Notes under the pieces: generated by a model | Seen by the model: the letters and a program-made list of their open reading frames with translations, nothing else | Databases searched by the model: none | Told to the model about the DNA's origin: nothing | Made by a program: the position numbers and the translations under genes | Source: Macrostomum lignano | Taxonomy: Eukaryota | DNA length: 64,000 bases | Assembly: GCA_002269645.1 (NCBI GenBank) | Contig: NIVC01000251.1 | Span: forward strand, 690,699-754,698 | Reading direction: 5' to 3' | Shown: piece after piece, positions 60,627-64,000 of the stretch | Position numbering within the stretch: position 1 is the first letter of the stretch | Layout of the letters: every line of letters starts with the position of its first letter

Positions 60627-62454
60627 ATATTTTAGGGATTTCCTCATTATCGCTTTTAAAGCCTGGGTAATATTGTGATTATATCATAGACTATGTGGCA
60701 GAGTTATACAAGCGCCTGAGCTGCCACAGATAATAAAACACTAGATATTTCACTCTGCATTGAGTAAAGCCATTTTTTGTGTTATAGTCTATGGCTCAAA
60801 AGAGTGTCTACTCATTGGGTGTGCGTCAGCGTGCGCATGACAAGAAAAAGTGCTATAGTTGCTCCAAAAATGAATTTTGACGCAAGGCACTGCTGTTTGA
60901 CGACGCACCCATGTTCGTTCACGCTACTAACCAAAGAGTAGTTGCAAAAATCTAAACAAGAGCGAACTATCTAGGGTTATAGTATCTGTGTGAGCTGCAT
61001 CGATGTATATGGGCATGGGGTGTGAGTGTCAACCATAGATTTAAAATGATTTAATGAGTAACTATACAGTTAAATTATAAAAGCGTGAATACAGAAGCAA
61101 AACGAAGCTATTAGGTACAATTTAGTATTTTACGATCCCATATGGAATTTAAGGATTAACATCTAGCTATAAAAGCAGCTATAAAATGTTCAACTGACTT
61201 ACAAATTGAAGATTGAAGATTTGTAAGCCCAAGCCATAGGGCGAAAAGGTTTTTTTGGAATTCAGCTAGCGGGCGAAAATTTAAGCCTCTAGAAAAATAC
61301 ATCTTCACTTCTAGCTAATGCATTACTGGAATTCTTCTTGGCTTTTTCCGCACAAAAAATCCCGTCTGGAATCAGCGTATGAAGCTTTAAGTTTTTGTCG
61401 AATACAATTTTGACTCCAATGACTTCTGTTCGATTTGAAATCTTGAACAACGGCGCATACACGTTTGCGTGAGGCAATGCAGAATTTTCTTCAATTAAAA
61501 ATGCACGAATGGACGAGGTATGGAATATGAGGCTTTGAGAATTCGGAGAAAAATCACCCCCCTCAGTGACGGCGCAGGGGGGGGCAGCTGCCCCCGGGTG
61601 ACCACAGGTCACTGCCTCAATGGGGGTGCCCACCCCACCATCCCCACGGCCCTCAAAAAGACCCTAGGAAGGGAGGGCAGATGGTCATCCCTTGCTATGC
61701 AACTTGGATAAATGATTAAAAATGCATTTTTATAAGAAATTTCGTGTTGTACATTCATTTTGTAAGAAGTGTGTCAGAATTTGTTCGTAATTTTTTACTT
61801 CCTTAGAAGGGTACTAAGAAAGTAAAAAAGTTTCTTAAAGGACTAAAACTGCACGTCTGGGGGGAGGGGTTCCATTTTGATCCATGACATTATCTTGACT
61901 ATAAGAAGCAATAGTGAAAAAAAAACTAAAACCGCACAAAAATAATACTATTCGGAATGGGACATAAATATAAGAGCTTTCTAGTCTAAAGGCCGGTGTT
62001 GGTTGTTGGTTACAATGGAACGCTTGCATATTAGCTGGCGAAGAAGCAGTCAGTCTGGGCAATGCAATTAATATACAGCATTGCAATAAGTAGGCAATCA
62101 ACAATCGTACTTTTCCAAGTTGCAATAGCAAGGCGCCTTTACGTTTCCTACAGTTTCCCACTCTGACAGCAGGACCTGAAGGGAAGAGGTGCTTAATTTT
62201 CAATACTAATTTTCCTCACCCCGTACATGCGGTTAGAATACTGCTGACCAATAATGCAAGACGGATCGAGCCATTGGACGAAGCATACACTGGACGCAAG
62301 AGAGAAGTAGTCATATAAGTGGGAACAGTTGGCTAGCTTTAGGACGAATCTGACGCTAGAAGAGTACTTTCATTTGGCATATAATTTACATGTAAAAATG
62401 AAAACTGAGAATTTCTCTAACGAAGGCAATGAAGAACAATAGTTCGAGACCAGA

Positions 62455-64000
62455 ATGACACAAGTTATTCGAGGCGATACAGTCTATAGCTTGGGTCCGT
62501 GCCTTGGCAAAGGCGGTTTCGGCACCTGCTACAAGGCGGTGGAGCGATCCTCAACGCACCCGTTGAGCGAGTAGTAGCTCTGAAGAAAATCAGCCAACAG
62601 ATGGTTAAAGAAGCGGCCAAGGAGCCGTACCTCAGATACGAGATCGCGCTGCACAGCCAGCTGGCACACCAAATGTCGTCGAACTTTTTCTGACATTCTC
62701 GAGCAACGACAGTATCTATTTTGTTCTCGAATATTGTAATAAGAAGTCGCTGGCAGACATCATTATCCGCTTTACTACTCTGCCAGTCGATGTGGCGGCT
62801 TACTACTTTTGCCAACTAATTGCTGGTCTAAAGTACATTCACGGGTGCCGAATTCTGCACAGAGATTTGAAGCTCAGCAATATCCTTGTCGACGCAAACG
62901 ACGTAGTAAAGATAACTGATTTTGGATTGTCCTGCACAATTACAAGAAGCTATTTGGAACGACACCTATCGTGTGGTACGCCGAATTACTTAAGTCCCGA
63001 AGTTCTGCTGAGACAGGGTCACACAGTTAAGTCAGACATATGGTCATGCGGAGTTGTACTATACGCGTTGTTTGGCGGAGTACCGCCTTTCCAAGCGGAA
63101 GAACTCTTGGAAATATATAGAAACATTGTGTCCGGTAGCTACCAATTTACAAAGTATCACACTGACGATCATCTTAAGCATCTGATAGCCCGACTGCTGC
63201 AACTAGATCAAGAGGAGAGACCGGAACTCGACGATATTCTGCAGCACGAGTTCTGTCGCTACGGAAAACAGTACGAACATCAGTTAATGCAAGACGAAAA
63301 ATCAGCAACTACATGCGCAAATCTAGGCAATAGTTCAAGCATTAGTACAATGTCGAAAAGCCTCACTAACTTGTTTGGCAAGCCTAAACAGGCGACAAGC
63401 CAGGAAAAACCGGAGCAAAACGAAAAGCATCAGAAAGCTTTTCATCCTTCAAACTTGAACGGTGTACCACGGAGCCTCACAGTTGTCGATTTAAAACTGC
63501 GGCGTACAACCAATCTACTGCAGTATTTTCGTAATAGACCAGCTTGGAAAAAGCGTGCTACAGACTTTCAAGCTGGCTGGCTAACTTGGTGGCGCGACAA
63601 GACCTCCACAGTTGGCTTCTATTATCAGTTGTCAACTGGTTACAACTGCGCTCTCTACAACGATGCCACCAGCTGTCTGTACCATAGAGAAACCGGACAG
63701 GCCCACTTTCTAAACCTGCAGTCAAGCCGACGCATTCACACCGAGAGCTCCGCTAATTTAGAGACGATCAACAAATTCTACGAACCAATGCTACGCGACA
63801 TTATCGAAGAGTTTCAAGACGTCTCATCGACAAATCAGCTTGGCGAGCAACTTAGCTGGGTGAGCCAGAACAATGGCCAAGGCAACGAAACAATCGACTA
63901 TCTCACTAGATGGACAACTTGTTGCAACGAAACCTATCGAGTATTCTATTTCTCGGATGACTCGATTCAAGTCAACTTTGCAACTGCGTTTGTGCTTCGA
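62455..64000 (+). CDS. Intronless divergent polo-like kinase (kinase domain and two polo boxes), 3'-partial, with two apparent 1-nt deletions (gene with assembly errors, or pseudogene)
   Basis: LGKGGFGTCY, VALK, EIALH, HRDLKLSN, DFG, CGTPNYLSPE, DIWSCG; PB1-like WLTWWRDKTSTVGFYYQLSTG..ALYND; PB2-like YLTRW...FSDDSIQVNF. The frame is open from about 62672 to the window end; shifts lie at about 62545-62570 and about 62670. Confidence 0.88.

Overview
Eukaryotic (metazoan) genomic DNA with spliceosomal GT-AG introns and very dense minisatellites. The repeat load and gene style suggest a flatworm such as Macrostomum, but this is inference only. Four protein-coding loci were reconstructed by hand. 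(1) + strand, 599-35275: a TRPM2-like cation channel with 28 exons in the window (about 2030 codons, 5' end not found), running MHR1-4, S1-S6, TRP box, coiled coil and NUDT9-H, with an apparent 1-nt deletion in S5. (2) + strand, 39631-41337: an intronless class A peptide-type GPCR. (3) - strand, 55638-51006: a 5-exon TRAF7 orthologue (RING, zinc finger, coiled coil, WD40). (4) + strand, 62455 to the window end: an intronless, divergent polo-like kinase with two apparent 1-nt deletions. Mobile DNA includes a tRNA-derived SINE family (4 copies plus a fragment), a mariner fragment, two internally deleted Tc1/IS630-type elements with long TIRs, and several MITE-like inverted repeats. Most introns (21 of 27 in TRPM, 4 of 4 in TRAF7) carry their own tandem array. 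Most long ORFs in the supplied track are artefacts of these arrays. No CRISPR, rRNA or complete tRNA gene was found. The most notable observations are a His/Asp zinc-ligand swap in the TRAF7 RING, a TRPM2-type channel with degenerate ADP-ribose sites, five consecutive symmetric phase-1 exons encoding a disordered insertion, and intronic arrays whose units contain CAG|GT splice-site motifs.
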